Assembly: GCA_049322915.1 (NCBI GenBank)
Contig: JBMOPW010000010.1
Location: 1-64,000 of the forward strand
Source: Candidatus Zhuqueibacterota bacterium
GTDB lineage: Bacteria; Zhuqueibacterota; Zhuqueibacteria; Thermofontimicrobiales; Thermofontimicrobiaceae
DNA: 64,000 bases
Reading direction: 5' to 3'
Under the pieces are notes generated by a model. The model did not search any database, was not told where the DNA came from, and saw only the letters and a program-made list of their open reading frames with translations. Positions 41,391 through 53,900 of this stretch are shown here, piece by piece; position 1 is the first letter of the stretch, and each line of letters opens with the position of its first letter. The position numbers and the translations under genes are program-made.

Positions 41391-44300
41391 GTATGGAGAA
41401 CATTGAGGATATCTATCCGCTTTCACCCATGCAGCAGGGAATGCTATTTCATAGTATTTATGCGCCAGAATCCGGTGAATACATTGAACAGATGAGTTGC
41501 AAAATAGACGGACAGTTAGATGTCACGGCATTTGAACGGGCATGGCAGGAGGTATTGAACCGACATACAATTTTACGAACGGCTTTTGTGTGGGAAGACC
41601 TGGATGAACCTTTGCAGGTGGTTCAGTCCGGACTGGAACTGAAAGTGAATCAATTGGGTTGGCGCACAATGGCCGAGGCTGAAATTGCCGAACGCCTGCA
41701 CCAGTTCCTCGAAACCGACCGCAAACAAGGCTTTGATCTGTCAGAAGCGCCGTTGATGCGCGTGACGCTGATTCAACGGTCGGATGATGTTTTTCAATTT
41801 GTGTGGACGCATCATCATCTGTTATTGGATGGATGGTCGGTGCCTCTGTTGCTTGGGGAAGTCTTCGCGTTCTACGATGGATTTCATACCGGTCAGCCGG
41901 TGAATCGCGCAACCAGCCGACCGTATCGCGATTACATCGCCTGGTTGCAGCAGCAGGATCTGTCCCGGGCAGAGGCCTACTGGCGCGAACGACTGAGCGG
42001 ATTCGTCGCTCCCACCAGTCCGGCGCTGGACGTTCGCTCCGATGGCCCGGAATCCGATGAAGACTATTGTCTGGAGCAGGACAGGCTCTCCGAGACGGTG
42101 ACAGATGCGCTTCAGAATTTATCGCGGACGCACCAGATCACGCTGAATACGTTCATGCAGGGCGCCTGGGCGCTGCTGCTGAGCCATTACAGCGGGGAAG
42201 ATGACGTGGTGTTCGGGATGACCGTCTCCGGCCGACCGCCGGAACTGCTGGACTCGGTCAGCATGCTGGGTATCTTCATCAACACGCTGCCAATTCGCGC
42301 ACTGGTGACGCCGGAGTCGAAGCTGCTGCCGTGGTTGAATGAGTTGCAGAAACAGCAGAGCGAGCTGCGCCAGTTCGAATACAGCGCCCTGACACAGATT
42401 CAGGGGTGGAGCCAGGTGCCGCGCGAACTGCCTCTGTTCGAAAGCATTTTCGTCTTTGAAAATTATCCGGTGGAAGAAGCGATGAAGGAGGACAACTCCA
42501 GCGTCCATATCACGGACGTGGAATCGTTCACCCGGACCAATTTGCCAATCACGGTCTCGGTTTCGCCCGGGAAACGGGTGGGCATTGAAATTTTATACGA
42601 CCACACGCGATTCAGCACCGCGGCCATCAAACGGCTGATGGGTCACATGAAGCATCTGCTGGGCGAAATGGCAGCCAATCCCAATCGCGCGCTATCCAGC
42701 CTGTCCGTTTTGACGGACGCTGAGAAAAAGCAGCTTCTGGTGGACTGGAATAATACAGATACAAAGCTGCCTGACGTGCAGTGCGTTCACCAATGGATCG
42801 AGCAGCAGGTGGAAAAAACTCCCAACGCCATCGCGGTGACCTGTTCCGGGGAGCATCTGACCTATCAGGAATTGAATGAAAGAGCCAATCAATTGGCGCA
42901 CTACCTGATCGGTCTGGGCGTTGGCCCGGAGGTGATGGTCGGAGTGATGATGGAACATTCGCTCGGCATGATGGTCGGGCTCCTGGGAATCCTCAAAGCC
43001 AGCGGCGCGTACGTGCCCATGGATCCGTATTATCCCAAAGATCGCATTGAATATATTTTGACTGATTCGCGAATCCCTGTGCTATTGACCCAGCGGAAAC
43101 TGCTGGAACTATTGCCGGAAACAGGCGTGCGAATTTTGCAACTGGACGAAGAGTGGGACTCCGTGAGCCGGGAAGCACGAACATCACCAGCCGTTTCCGT
43201 GAACCGCGAAAACCTGGTCTATATGATTTACACGTCCGGCTCGACTGGCAAACCCAAGGGAACGTTGATCACTCACCGCGGTCTGATCAATTATTTGCAC
43301 TGGTGCCTGGCCAATTACCCCATCGAGGCCGGAAGCGGCTCTCTGGTTCATTCATCCCTGGCATTCGACGCAACGGTGACCGGGCTGTTTGCGCCGCTTC
43401 TCACCGGCCGCACTGTCACCCTGGTGTCCGAGACAAAGGACGTCGAGATTTTGAGCAGCATGTTGCAGTCGACGGACAATTACAGTCTCATCAAAATTAC
43501 GCCGGCGCATCTGGAATTATTGGGCCAGCAACTGGAAGCGGACGCAGCAAAGGACAAAACCCGGGCATTCATCATTGGCGGTGAAAATCTCACCTCTGAG
43601 CATATCGAGTTCTGGAAAAAGCATGCCCCGGAGACCCGGTTGATCAACGAATACGGCCCCACGGAGACCGTTGTCGGGTGTATGAATTACGTCGCTGATC
43701 CGCGGAACGGGCGCCGCGGTTCCATTCCCATTGGATACCCGATCTGCAACACGAAAATCTACCTGCTGGACTCGCAGTTACAGCCGGTCCCGATCGGCGT
43801 TCCTGGCGAGCTGTATATTGGCGGTGAAGGCGTGGCGCGCGGTTATCACAATCGCCCGGACCTCACAGCAGCGCGGTTCATCCCTTCTCCGTTCAGCAAC
43901 AAGCCCGGCGCGCGGTTGTACCGGAGCGGCGATCTGGCGCGTTATCTGGGAAATGGGAATATCGAGTTTCTAGGTCGAATCGACCATCAGGTGAAGATTC
44001 GCGGCTTCCGCATCGAATTGGGTGAAATCGAGGAAAATCTGAACCAGCATCCGGCCGTTCAGAATGCTGTGGCGCTGGTGCGGGAAGACAAACCCGGGGA
44101 CAAGCGACTGGTCGCGTATTTTGTGCCCAATCGGAGCGCCGAAGCATCGCCGTCGACGAACGAATTGCGCGACTTCCTCGCCGCGAGATTGCCGCATTAC
44201 ATGATTCCTAATTTCTTCGTGATGCTGGAAAACATGCCGCTCACTTCCAATGGAAAAGTGAACCGCAAAGCGCTGCCGGCGCCGGAGCTGGATCGTTCCG

Positions 44301-47300
44301 GCGGTATGGAATTTATCGCGCCGCGCACACCGACCGAAGAACTGATGGCGCAAATCTGGGCCGAAGTTCTGGGAATCGAACAGGTCGGCATTTACGATAA
44401 CTTTTTCGAATTGGGCGGTCATTCGCTCATCGGTATGAAATTGCAAAGCCGCGTCCAGGATGCCTTCCAGATGAAGTTGCCGTTGAGCAGCATTTTCCAG
44501 GCGCCGACGGTGGCTGAATTGGCGCAGCGCATTGACAGCGAAAAGACAACCGCGGCGCGCACCGATGCGCCGCCCATCGTCCCGGTCAGCAGAGACCAGC
44601 AGTTGCCGTTGTCCTTTGCCCAGCATCGGCTGTGGTTCCTCGATCAATTGGAGCCGAACAGCGCGTTTTACAATATCCCCACAGCGTTGCGCTTCAAAGG
44701 AAAATTGAATGTCCCGGCGCTGGAAAAAAGTTTCGCCGGGATCATCACCCGGCACGAGTCGCTGCGCACGACGTTTCAGGCATTCGATGGAAAACCATTC
44801 CAGGTGATTGCAGCGGAACTGCCGCCTCCTGTCGAGCACATCGATTTTCGTCATCATCCGGAATCCGAGAAAGAGGATCTCCTTCACAAGTTGGTGTACA
44901 AAGAAGCGCAGACGCCGTTCGATCTGAGCGCCGGTCCGCTGGTGCGCATGAAAATCGCTCAGTTGAGCGAGGATGAATTTGCCATCCTGGTCACCATGCA
45001 TCACATCATTTCGGATGGCTGGTCCATCACTGTCTTCATTCAGGAAATGGCCGCGCTCTACGAGGCGTTCAGCGCCGGGGGCGAATCGCCGCTGCCGTCG
45101 CTTACTATCCAATATCCTGATTTCGCACACTGGCAGCGACAATGGCTGCAAGGGGCTGTGCTGGATGCGCAGATTTCCTTCTGGAAAGAACAACTGGCCG
45201 GGTGCCCGCCGATTCTGGAATTGCCAACGGATCGTCCGCGGCCGGCCGTGCAAAGCTTCAATGGCGCCACGCTCAGTCAATTCCTGTCCGGCGCAACTCT
45301 CGATGCATTGAAAAAACTGAGCAGGGAACAAGGCTGCACCCTGTTCATCACGCTGCTGGCAGCGTTCAAAACATTGCTGCACCGCTACAGCGGCCAGACC
45401 GATATTTGCGTGGGAACGCCCATTGCCAGTCGCAACAATGTGGAAACTGAAAAGCTGATTGGCTTCTTCGTCAACACGCTGGTGATGCGATCCGACCTGT
45501 CAGACGATCCTACATTCCTGGAATTCATGCGCCACGTGCGCGAGACTGCGCTGGACGCCTACGCCCATCAGGATGTGCCATTCGAGACTGTTGTGGAAGC
45601 AGTTCAGCCGGAGCGCAACATGAGCCATTCGCCGTTATTCCAGGTGATGTTCGTGCTCCAGGAAGCGCGAAAGGCCAGCATGGAACTGTCTGATGTAACC
45701 ATCACTGCGCTGCAAACCGACAGCGGCAATGCGAAATTCGATTTGACCCTGGAAGTGCTGGAAGGCGCTGATCAGATGGAATTGTCGTTCGAATACAATA
45801 CCGATTTATTCAATGCCGAGACCATTGAACGTATGGCCGCGCATTTTGCTCATCTGGTGGAATCCATCGTCGCCGATCCGGAGCAGCGGCTCTCAGCGCT
45901 GCCGATTTTATCCGAAGCTGAGAAACACCGCATGTTGATCGAGTGGAACCAAACAGCCGCAGCGTATCCGGATCAGAGCTGCGTTCACGAGGTATTCCAG
46001 CAACTGGCCGGGACCAATCCCGATGCCGTTGCAGCAACCTACGAAGCCGCGTCGCTGACCTACGGGGAACTGAATAAGAAAGCCAATCAATTGGCGCGCA
46101 ATCTGCTGGCCAGCGGACTGAAGCCCGAACAGTTCGTGGGCATTTGCATGGAACGGTCGCTAGATATGGTGGTCGGCATTCTGGCCACGTTGAAAGCCGG
46201 CGGTGCGTTTGTGCCGCTCGATCCGGCCTATCCCTCGGAACGGCTGGCGTACATGATTTCGGATTCCCGGTTGACCATTTTACTGAGCCAGGAAAGGCTC
46301 AAACCTGCGCTGCCAGAGAATAGCGCCCGCACAATTTTTCTGGACAGCCAAGGCGCGGAGGTCTTTCAGGGCGACGATTCGAATGTGAACCTCCCCATTG
46401 TCCCGGAAAATCTGGCCTACATGATTTATACATCCGGTTCCACCGGCAAACCCAAAGGAACCATGTTGCAGCACCGCGGTATGTGCAATCTGGCCCAAGC
46501 CCAGCAACGGGCATTCGATGTCACGATTGGCAGCCGCATCTTACAATTCTCGTCGCTGAGTTTCGATGCATCCGTCTGGGAAACCGTGATGGCGTTGCTG
46601 AACGGCAGCACGCTCTGCCTCACCCAGCGCGAACATCTGGCTTCAGGCCAGGCGTTGTGGCAGGTGCTGCGCGAAGAGAAAATCAACACTGTGACGCTGC
46701 CGCCGTCCGTCGCTGTCATTATCCCGGACGAGCCCCTGCCGGATTTGAAAGTCATCATTACGGCAGGCGAAAAATGCACGGCGGAGCTGGTTTCAAAATG
46801 GTCGAATAATGGCAGAAAATTTTTCAACGCCTATGGCCCAACGGAAACAACCGTGTGCGCTTCCATGCTGCACGTTGCCAGGCATTATCGCCAGGGCCCG
46901 CCCATTGGACGGCCGATTCACAATTTCCAGCTCTACATTCTCGATCCGAAATTGAATCCGACGCCGGTCGGCGTGGCCGGGGAATTGCACATCGGCGGTG
47001 TGGGATTGGCGCGCGGTTATTTCAATCGGCCGGATTTGACAGCCGAAAAATTTATCGCGGATCCTTTCAACAGGACTCCCGGTGCGCGGATGTACAAGAG
47101 CGGCGATCTGGCGCGCTTCCTGCCTGATGGCAATATCGAATTCCTGGGTCGAATCGATCACCAGGTGAAAGTCCGCGGCTTCCGCATTGAATTGGGTGAA
47201 ATAGAAGCGGTCCTCGCCGCCCATCCGGACATCACCGATGTGGTTGTGCTGGTGCGGGAAGATATGCCCGGGGACAAGCGGCTGGTGGCCTATCTCGTCG

Positions 47301-47800
47301 TTGGCCAGGGCAAAGACCTGACCGTCGGCGATTTGCGAGGCTACCTGCGCGAGCGGCTGCCGGATTATATGATTCCTTCAGCATTCATGATTTTGAATGA
47401 ATTCCCATTGACGCCCAATGGCAAAGTCGACCGCAAAGCGCTGCCGGCTCCGGACCAGTCCCGTCCGGAATTAGGCAGCGAATATGTCGCGCCGGGCACG
47501 GAGCACGAGATAAAGCTAGCGGCTATTGTCGCGGAATTGCTCAAAGTGGAAAAAGTGGGCATACATGATAATTTCTTTGATCTGGGCGGGCATTCGCTTC
47601 TGGCCACGCAATTCATCTCCCGAACGCGGGATGCGTTCCAGGTGGAATTGCCTCTGCGAAGCCTGTTCGAAAAACCGACCGTCGCCGGTCTGGTCGAAGA
47701 AATTGAGAAGGTCAAATTAGCCGGGCCGGTGCAGGCTGGACCATCGATTAAGCGGGTGGCTCGGGACGCGCATCGCGTGAAACTATCGGAATTGAACTGA
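41387..47800 (+). CDS. NRPS: C(DCL)-A-PCP-C-A-PCP (modules 9-10; Asn, Phe)
   Basis: IEDIYPLSPMQQGML and HHLLLDGWS. A codes DATKIGEVGK (Asn-type) and DAWTIAAVCK (Phe). ATGA overlap with the upstream gene. Confidence 0.95.
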   Translation: MSMENIEDIYPLSPMQQGMLFHSIYAPESGEYIEQMSCKIDGQLDVTAFERAWQEVLNRHTILRTAFVWEDLDEPLQVVQSGLELKVNQLGWRTMAEAEIAERLHQFLETDRKQGFDLSEAPLMRVTLIQRSDDVFQFVWTHHHLLLDGWSVPLLLGEVFAFYDGFHTGQPVNRATSRPYRDYIAWLQQQDLSRAEAYWRERLSGFVAPTSPALDVRSDGPESDEDYCLEQDRLSETVTDALQNLSRTHQITLNTFMQGAWALLLSHYSGEDDVVFGMTVSGRPPELLDSVSMLGIFINTLPIRALVTPESKLLPWLNELQKQQSELRQFEYSALTQIQGWSQVPRELPLFESIFVFENYPVEEAMKEDNSSVHITDVESFTRTNLPITVSVSPGKRVGIEILYDHTRFSTAAIKRLMGHMKHLLGEMAANPNRALSSLSVLTDAEKKQLLVDWNNTDTKLPDVQCVHQWIEQQVEKTPNAIAVTCSGEHLTYQELNERANQLAHYLIGLGVGPEVMVGVMMEHSLGMMVGLLGILKASGAYVPMDPYYPKDRIEYILTDSRIPVLLTQRKLLELLPETGVRILQLDEEWDSVSREARTSPAVSVNRENLVYMIYTSGSTGKPKGTLITHRGLINYLHWCLANYPIEAGSGSLVHSSLAFDATVTGLFAPLLTGRTVTLVSETKDVEILSSMLQSTDNYSLIKITPAHLELLGQQLEADAAKDKTRAFIIGGENLTSEHIEFWKKHAPETRLINEYGPTETVVGCMNYVADPRNGRRGSIPIGYPICNTKIYLLDSQLQPVPIGVPGELYIGGEGVARGYHNRPDLTAARFIPSPFSNKPGARLYRSGDLARYLGNGNIEFLGRIDHQVKIRGFRIELGEIEENLNQHPAVQNAVALVREDKPGDKRLVAYFVPNRSAEASPSTNELRDFLAARLPHYMIPNFFVMLENMPLTSNGKVNRKALPAPELDRSGGMEFIAPRTPTEELMAQIWAEVLGIEQVGIYDNFFELGGHSLIGMKLQSRVQDAFQMKLPLSSIFQAPTVAELAQRIDSEKTTAARTDAPPIVPVSRDQQLPLSFAQHRLWFLDQLEPNSAFYNIPTALRFKGKLNVPALEKSFAGIITRHESLRTTFQAFDGKPFQVIAAELPPPVEHIDFRHHPESEKEDLLHKLVYKEAQTPFDLSAGPLVRMKIAQLSEDEFAILVTMHHIISDGWSITVFIQEMAALYEAFSAGGESPLPSLTIQYPDFAHWQRQWLQGAVLDAQISFWKEQLAGCPPILELPTDRPRPAVQSFNGATLSQFLSGATLDALKKLSREQGCTLFITLLAAFKTLLHRYSGQTDICVGTPIASRNNVETEKLIGFFVNTLVMRSDLSDDPTFLEFMRHVRETALDAYAHQDVPFETVVEAVQPERNMSHSPLFQVMFVLQEARKASMELSDVTITALQTDSGNAKFDLTLEVLEGADQMELSFEYNTDLFNAETIERMAAHFAHLVESIVADPEQRLSALPILSEAEKHRMLIEWNQTAAAYPDQSCVHEVFQQLAGTNPDAVAATYEAASLTYGELNKKANQLARNLLASGLKPEQFVGICMERSLDMVVGILATLKAGGAFVPLDPAYPSERLAYMISDSRLTILLSQERLKPALPENSARTIFLDSQGAEVFQGDDSNVNLPIVPENLAYMIYTSGSTGKPKGTMLQHRGMCNLAQAQQRAFDVTIGSRILQFSSLSFDASVWETVMALLNGSTLCLTQREHLASGQALWQVLREEKINTVTLPPSVAVIIPDEPLPDLKVIITAGEKCTAELVSKWSNNGRKFFNAYGPTETTVCASMLHVARHYRQGPPIGRPIHNFQLYILDPKLNPTPVGVAGELHIGGVGLARGYFNRPDLTAEKFIADPFNRTPGARMYKSGDLARFLPDGNIEFLGRIDHQVKVRGFRIELGEIEAVLAAHPDITDVVVLVREDMPGDKRLVAYLVVGQGKDLTVGDLRGYLRERLPDYMIPSAFMILNEFPLTPNGKVDRKALPAPDQSRPELGSEYVAPGTEHEIKLAAIVAELLKVEKVGIHDNFFDLGGHSLLATQFISRTRDAFQVELPLRSLFEKPTVAGLVEEIEKVKLAGPVQAGPSIKRVARDAHRVKLSELN

Positions 47801-47953
47801 TCGACGCATGGGACTTCTGATTTGGCGATTTGCGCGATGACTATGATGAAAATAGAAATGAAGTCCTCATCGGATAAAAGATGGATCAGCGGCAAGAGCC
47901 AGGGCTGCTGAATTTCGTAGCACGCATACTCCAAAAGGTGACTGGAAAATACG

Positions 47954-50900
47954 ATGACAGAGCAGATGTACCAGAAATATGAAGAGGATGTGTTTGTATT
48001 TCCTGCTTCGTACGCGCAGCAGCGATTATGGTTTTTGGATCAATTTGAGCCGAACAGCCCTTTTTACAACATTCCTTCAGCCATTCGGTTCAAGGGCGAA
48101 TTGAATAGTGAGGCGCTGGAAAAGGGCATTCAGGAGATCGTTGCCCGACACGAGACATTGCGAACAACCTTTGCCGCCGTGGGTGGAAAACCGATGCAGG
48201 TCATCCACCCGACGCTGACGCTGCCGGTGACGCGCATCGATTTGCGCCGCAATGCCGAGGCTGAACGACTGGACAGAGCCGCGCAGTTGGCGCGGGAAGA
48301 GGCGAGACGGCCGTTCAATCTCTCAACCGGGCCCCTTGTTCGCGTGACGCTGCTGGAGTTGGATGACAATGACCATGTCGTACTGTTGACCATGCATCAT
48401 ATCATTTCCGACGGTTGGTCCATGGGCGTGCTGATTCGGGAAATGGCCATTCTGTACAATGCGTTTTCTCACGACCGACCTTCGCCATTGCCGGAACTGG
48501 AGATACAATACGCCGACTACGCTGAATGGCAGCAGCAATATCTCACCGGCGACGTGCTGGAAAATCAATTGAATTATTGGAAACAGCAGTTGGGCGATGG
48601 GCTGTCCGTGCTGGAACTTCCGACCGATCGGCCCCGTCCTCTGGTTCAATCATCCCGCGGCTCGGTCGAGACGCTGCTGATTCCGAAATCCGTGAATGAC
48701 CGGTTGAATGAATTGGCCAAAAAGCACGGCGCCACGCTGTTCATGTCGCTGCTGGCCGGCTTTCAGGTCCTGCTCTATCGCTATAGCGGGCAGCAGGACT
48801 TCTGCATCGGATCCCCCATTGCCAATCGCAATCGCTCGGAGATCGAAGGGCTCATCGGATTTTTCGTGAACACCATTGTCCTGCGGTCTCGCGTGAGCGC
48901 GGAGATGAGTTACACTGAATTGCTGAAATTGGCCAAAGAAACAACGCTGGGCGCCTATGCGCATCAGGATGTGCCGTTCGAAAAACTTGTGGAAGCCTTG
49001 CAGCCGGAACGGGATACCAGTCACACCCCGCTGTTTCAGGTGATGTTTTCGCTCCAGAACACATCCACCGATGTGAACGTGGCAATGCCACAGGTGCATC
49101 TGAGCACGCTGGACGTTGACGCCGGCACAGCCACGTTCGATATTTCCCTGCTGATGGCCGAAGAAGCTGCCGGCCTGAGCGCCTCCATTGAGTACAATAC
49201 CGACCTGTTCGACGCGGCGACTATTCAGCGCATGCTCAATCATTTTCACATCATCCTGCAGACAGCAGTGGATCAGCCTGAATTGTCCCTGTCCAAAATA
49301 AATCTGCTCACTTCGGAAGAACAGCGGCAGATACTCAAAACGTGGAATCAAACCGAGGAAACATTCACCGGACCCTTCACCCTGCACGAGCGGTTAGAAC
49401 ACCAGGCAGCGCGAACTCCGGAATCGGTTGCGGTGATTTACGAATCAGAACACCTGACGTACAAAGAATTGAATGAAAGAGCTAACAGGTTCGCGCGTTA
49501 TTTGCAGACCCTGGGCGCTGCGCCGGAGACTGTTGTCGGCGTCAGCGTGGAACGGTCGCTGAATATGGTTGTGGCCCTGTTCGGGATACTTAAAACCGGG
49601 GCGGCCTATTTGCCGCTGGATCCCAACTATCCCCGAGAACGTCTGGCCCTGATGCTGGAAGACTCCGGCGCGCCCATCCTTGTGACGCAGAAGCATTTGT
49701 ACGAGCAATTCGCGGACGTCACCTGTCAGGTTGTGTGCATTGATGCGGCATTGAATAAATTCGCCGATCTGGATGCGTCGGATCTGAATATCCCGGTCGA
49801 TCCGAAGAACATGGCCTATTGCATTTATACGTCCGGCTCAACCGGCAAGCCCAAAGGCGTCATGCTCACTCACAGTTCGGCGGTGAATCATAATTTTTCC
49901 ATCAGCCAGCTTTTCAGACTCAGTCCGGATGACCATGTCCTGCAATTCGCCACGATTAATTTTGATGCGGCGGTAGAGGAAATTTTCCCGACACTGGCCA
50001 TCGGCGCCACGCTTGTAGTGCGTAACAATGACATCCTGATTTCCGGAGCGGATCTGCTCCGACTCATCGATAAAGAGCGACTGACTGTGCTGGATCTGCC
50101 CACCGCCTACTGGCACGAGTGGGTGACGGAACTCGCTCGTTCCAAAATAACGCTGCCGGAATCGCTGCGACTGGTCATCCTGGGCGGGGACAAAGCGTCG
50201 CCGGAGCGATTTCTCACCTGGAAAAAATTGGGCGGAAATCGAGTCAGCCTGGTGAACACCTACGGCCCTACGGAGACCACGGTGGTGTCCACAATGTACG
50301 AACCGTGCGCTGCGGAAAATAACACAACTGATCTGATTGAATTGCCGATTGGCCGTCCCATTGCCAATACAAAAATTTACATTCTGGATGCCTCGATGCA
50401 GCCCGTCCCGGTGGGTGTCCCCGGTGAACTGTACATTGGCGGTCACGGTCTGGCGCGCGGTTATTTGCAACGCCCGGAACTGACGGCTGAAAAGTTTGTC
50501 CCTGATCCATTCAGCAACAATGTCGGCGCGCGTCTCTACCGAACCGGCGATCTGGTGAGGTACCGTCCCGATGGCATGATCGAGTTTTCGGGCCGCGTCG
50601 ATTTTCAATTGAAAATTCGCGGTTTCCGCGTTGAGATCGGAGAGGTGGAATCCGCGCTCCGAAAGAACACCCGCATTCAGGACGTTGCCGTCATCGCCAC
50701 AGCCGGAGAGACAGCATCCAGCGAGAAACGGCTGGTGGCCTATTGCGCATGCCTGCCGGAAGATGAAGTGACGCCGTCTGAACTACGCGATTTTCTCAAA
50801 GCGCATTTGCCTGAATACATGATCCCGTCGCTGTTCGTCATGATGGAAGAATTGCCAAAGACGCCGAACGGAAAACTGGATCGCAAGGCCCTGCCGGATC

Positions 50901-53900
50901 CAACCGGGGAGCGGCAGAATTTAGTCCAGGAATTTATTGCCCCGCGCAACGAGACCGAAGCGAAACTGGCAGCAATCTGGAGAGAAATTCTCGGCATTGA
51001 AAAAGTCGGGGTGCTGGATAATTTCTTCGAAATCGGGGGGCATTCGCTGCTGGCGACCCAGGTGATGTCGCGCATTCGGGAGACATTCCAAAAAGAGTTG
51101 CCGTTGCGTTCGATTTTCGAAGATGCCACAATCGCCGGCCTGGCCAGGTTAATTGCCCTGGTGAAAACGGACGAACCTGGTTTCACAGCTCCGCCGATTG
51201 TCCCTGTGTCGCGGGATAGCGACCTGCTGCTTTCATTTTCCCAGCAACGCCTGTGGTTCCTGGATCAATTGGAGCCGGGCAGCGCTGCCTACAACATCCC
51301 GACCGCCGTGAAAGTCCATGGCGCCCTGGATAAAACTGTGTTCCACAAATGTCTGAAGTATCTGGTTCAGCGACATGAGGGATTGCGCACGAATTTCAGA
51401 GAAGTCGCCGGACGTCCGGTGCAGGTGATTGCGGAGTCGCTGGATATCCAGATGCCGGAGATCGATATCCGCCATATTCCGGCGGAGGAAAGGGAAACGG
51501 AAATTCTGCGACTGGCCGATGAAGATGCCCGAAAGCCATTCAACCTCAGCGCAGATCCGCTGGTGCGGGTGACGCTCATTCGCGCTGACGAGGAAGAATA
51601 CGTCGTCTCCGTGACCATGCACCACATTATTTCCGATGAATGGTCCACCAATATTCTCATCCAGGAAATCGCTCAGTTGTATGATGCGTTCGCGCTGGAT
51701 CGCCCGTCGCCGTTGCCTGAATTAACCATTCAGTACGCGGATTATGCGCACTGGCAGCAAAATTGGCTGAGGGGAGAAGTGCTCCAGACGCAATTGGATT
51801 ATTGGAAAAATCAATTGGCCGGGAGTCCGCCGGTCCTGGAATTACCAATGGATCATCCGCGGCCTGCTGTTCAGACGTTCAATGGTTCCTTTATTTCGTT
51901 TGAACTGGAACAGGAGTTGAGCGCGGGGATCATTGAATTGAGCGAACGTTCCGGCGCGACCCTGTTCATGACGCTGTTGGCTGCGTTCCAGACATTTCTA
52001 TTTCGCTACAGCGGCCAGAAGGATATCGTCGTTGGTACGCCCATCGCCAATCGCACCCGTGTTGAAACGGAGAGCATCATCGGTTTCTTCATCAACACCC
52101 TGGTGCTGCGGACCGATTTATCCGGGGACCCGACGTTCCGCGATGTGTTGCAGCGCGTTCGCGAAGTGGCGTTAGGTTCCTATGCGCATCAGGATGTACC
52201 GTTCGAAAAGCTGGTGGATGTGCTCAAACCCGAGCGCGAACTCAGCCATTCCCCGCTCTTCCAGGTGATGTTTGTCCTGCAAAATACGCCGTCGCGGAGT
52301 CATGAGACAAATACCGGTCTGCTGCTGAGTCCGATTGAATCGCACAGCGGCACAGCCAAATTCGACCTGACCCTGTTCATGGTGGAGCAGGACAACAGGC
52401 TGTTCGGCACGCTGGAGTTCAACACCGACCTGTTCGAAGAATCCACGATCCTGAGGATGTCGAGACATTTTGAAAATTTGTTGCGCAGCATTGCTTTCAA
52501 TCCGGATCTGGCTATTTCCACTCTGCCGCTGCTCTCTGAGTCTGAAATCCAACGGGCAGTTATTGAATGGAATGCGACAAAGCAGGATTACCCCGGGGAT
52601 AAATTTTTGGTTCAGGCGTTCGAAACCCAGGTGAAGAAAATCCCGACAGAGATCGCCGTCCGGTATCAGGGACAGGAACTCAGCTACGCGGCGCTGAATG
52701 AGCAGGCCAATCAATTGGCGTATTACCTGATGAAGCAGGGCATCGGGCCAGAAGTCATGGTGGGCGTCGAGATTGAGCGCTCCCTGGAGATGATGGTCGC
52801 TCTGCTGGGCATTCTGAAAGCCGGCGGCGCTTATGTGCCCATCGATCCGTCCTATCCCAAAGAGCGTGTCGATTACATCCTGTCCGATTCCGGCATCCCG
52901 ATAATATTGACCCAGAGTAAACTGATGCCTTCTCTGCCGCAGACGCAGGTGCATCTTGTGCAAATGGACGTTGATTGGGATCTGATTCGAAATGAAAAAC
53001 GGACGAATCCTTGCGTCACGATCGGCGGCGAAAATCTGGCCTACATGATTTACACATCCGGCTCCACCGGCAAACCCAAAGGCACGTTGATTACTCACCG
53101 CGGTTTGACCAATTATTTGAATTGGTGTCTGAGCGAATATCCCATTCGTGACGGCGTCGGATCCCTGGTGCATTCATCGCTGGCCTTCGATGCCACTGTG
53201 ACCGGATTGTTCGCGCCGCTATTGGTCGGCCGCACAGTGACGCTGGTGCCGGAGACAAAGGACGTTGAAATTGTCGGCTCGATTCTGAAGGAAAGCGAAA
53301 ATTACAGCATCATCAAAATAACGCCGGCGCATCTGGAATTGCTGGGTCAGCAACTAACGCCCGAAGAAGCGCAGGGAAAGACCAGAGCGTTCATCATTGG
53401 CGGTGAAAATCTCACTTCCGAGCATATTGAATTCTGGCGAAAAAATGCGCCGAAGACGAAGCTGATCAATGAATATGGTCCCACAGAGACTGTTGTGGGC
53501 TGCATGAATTATCTGGCGGATCCCCGGTCGAAGCGTCGCGGCTCCATTCCCATCGGTTTTCCCATCGGGAACATGCAGATTTACCTGCTGGATTCCCGAC
53601 TGGCGCCAGTACCGATTGGCGTGCCCGGGGAAATTTATATCGGTGGAGAAGGAGTGGCGCGCGGCTACCACAATCGCCCTGACCTCACAGCGGAGCGGTT
53701 CATCCCGACGCCGTTCAGCGATAAGCCCGGCGCGCGGCTTTACAAGAGTGGCGACCTGGCGCGTTACCTGCCGGACGGCAATATTGAGTTCCTGGGCCGA
53801 ATCGATCATCAGGTGAAAATCCGCGGATACCGGATTGAACTGGGCGAGATCGAAGCGGTGTTGGGCCAATTTGCCGGCGTGAAAGAAATCGTGGTTGTGG

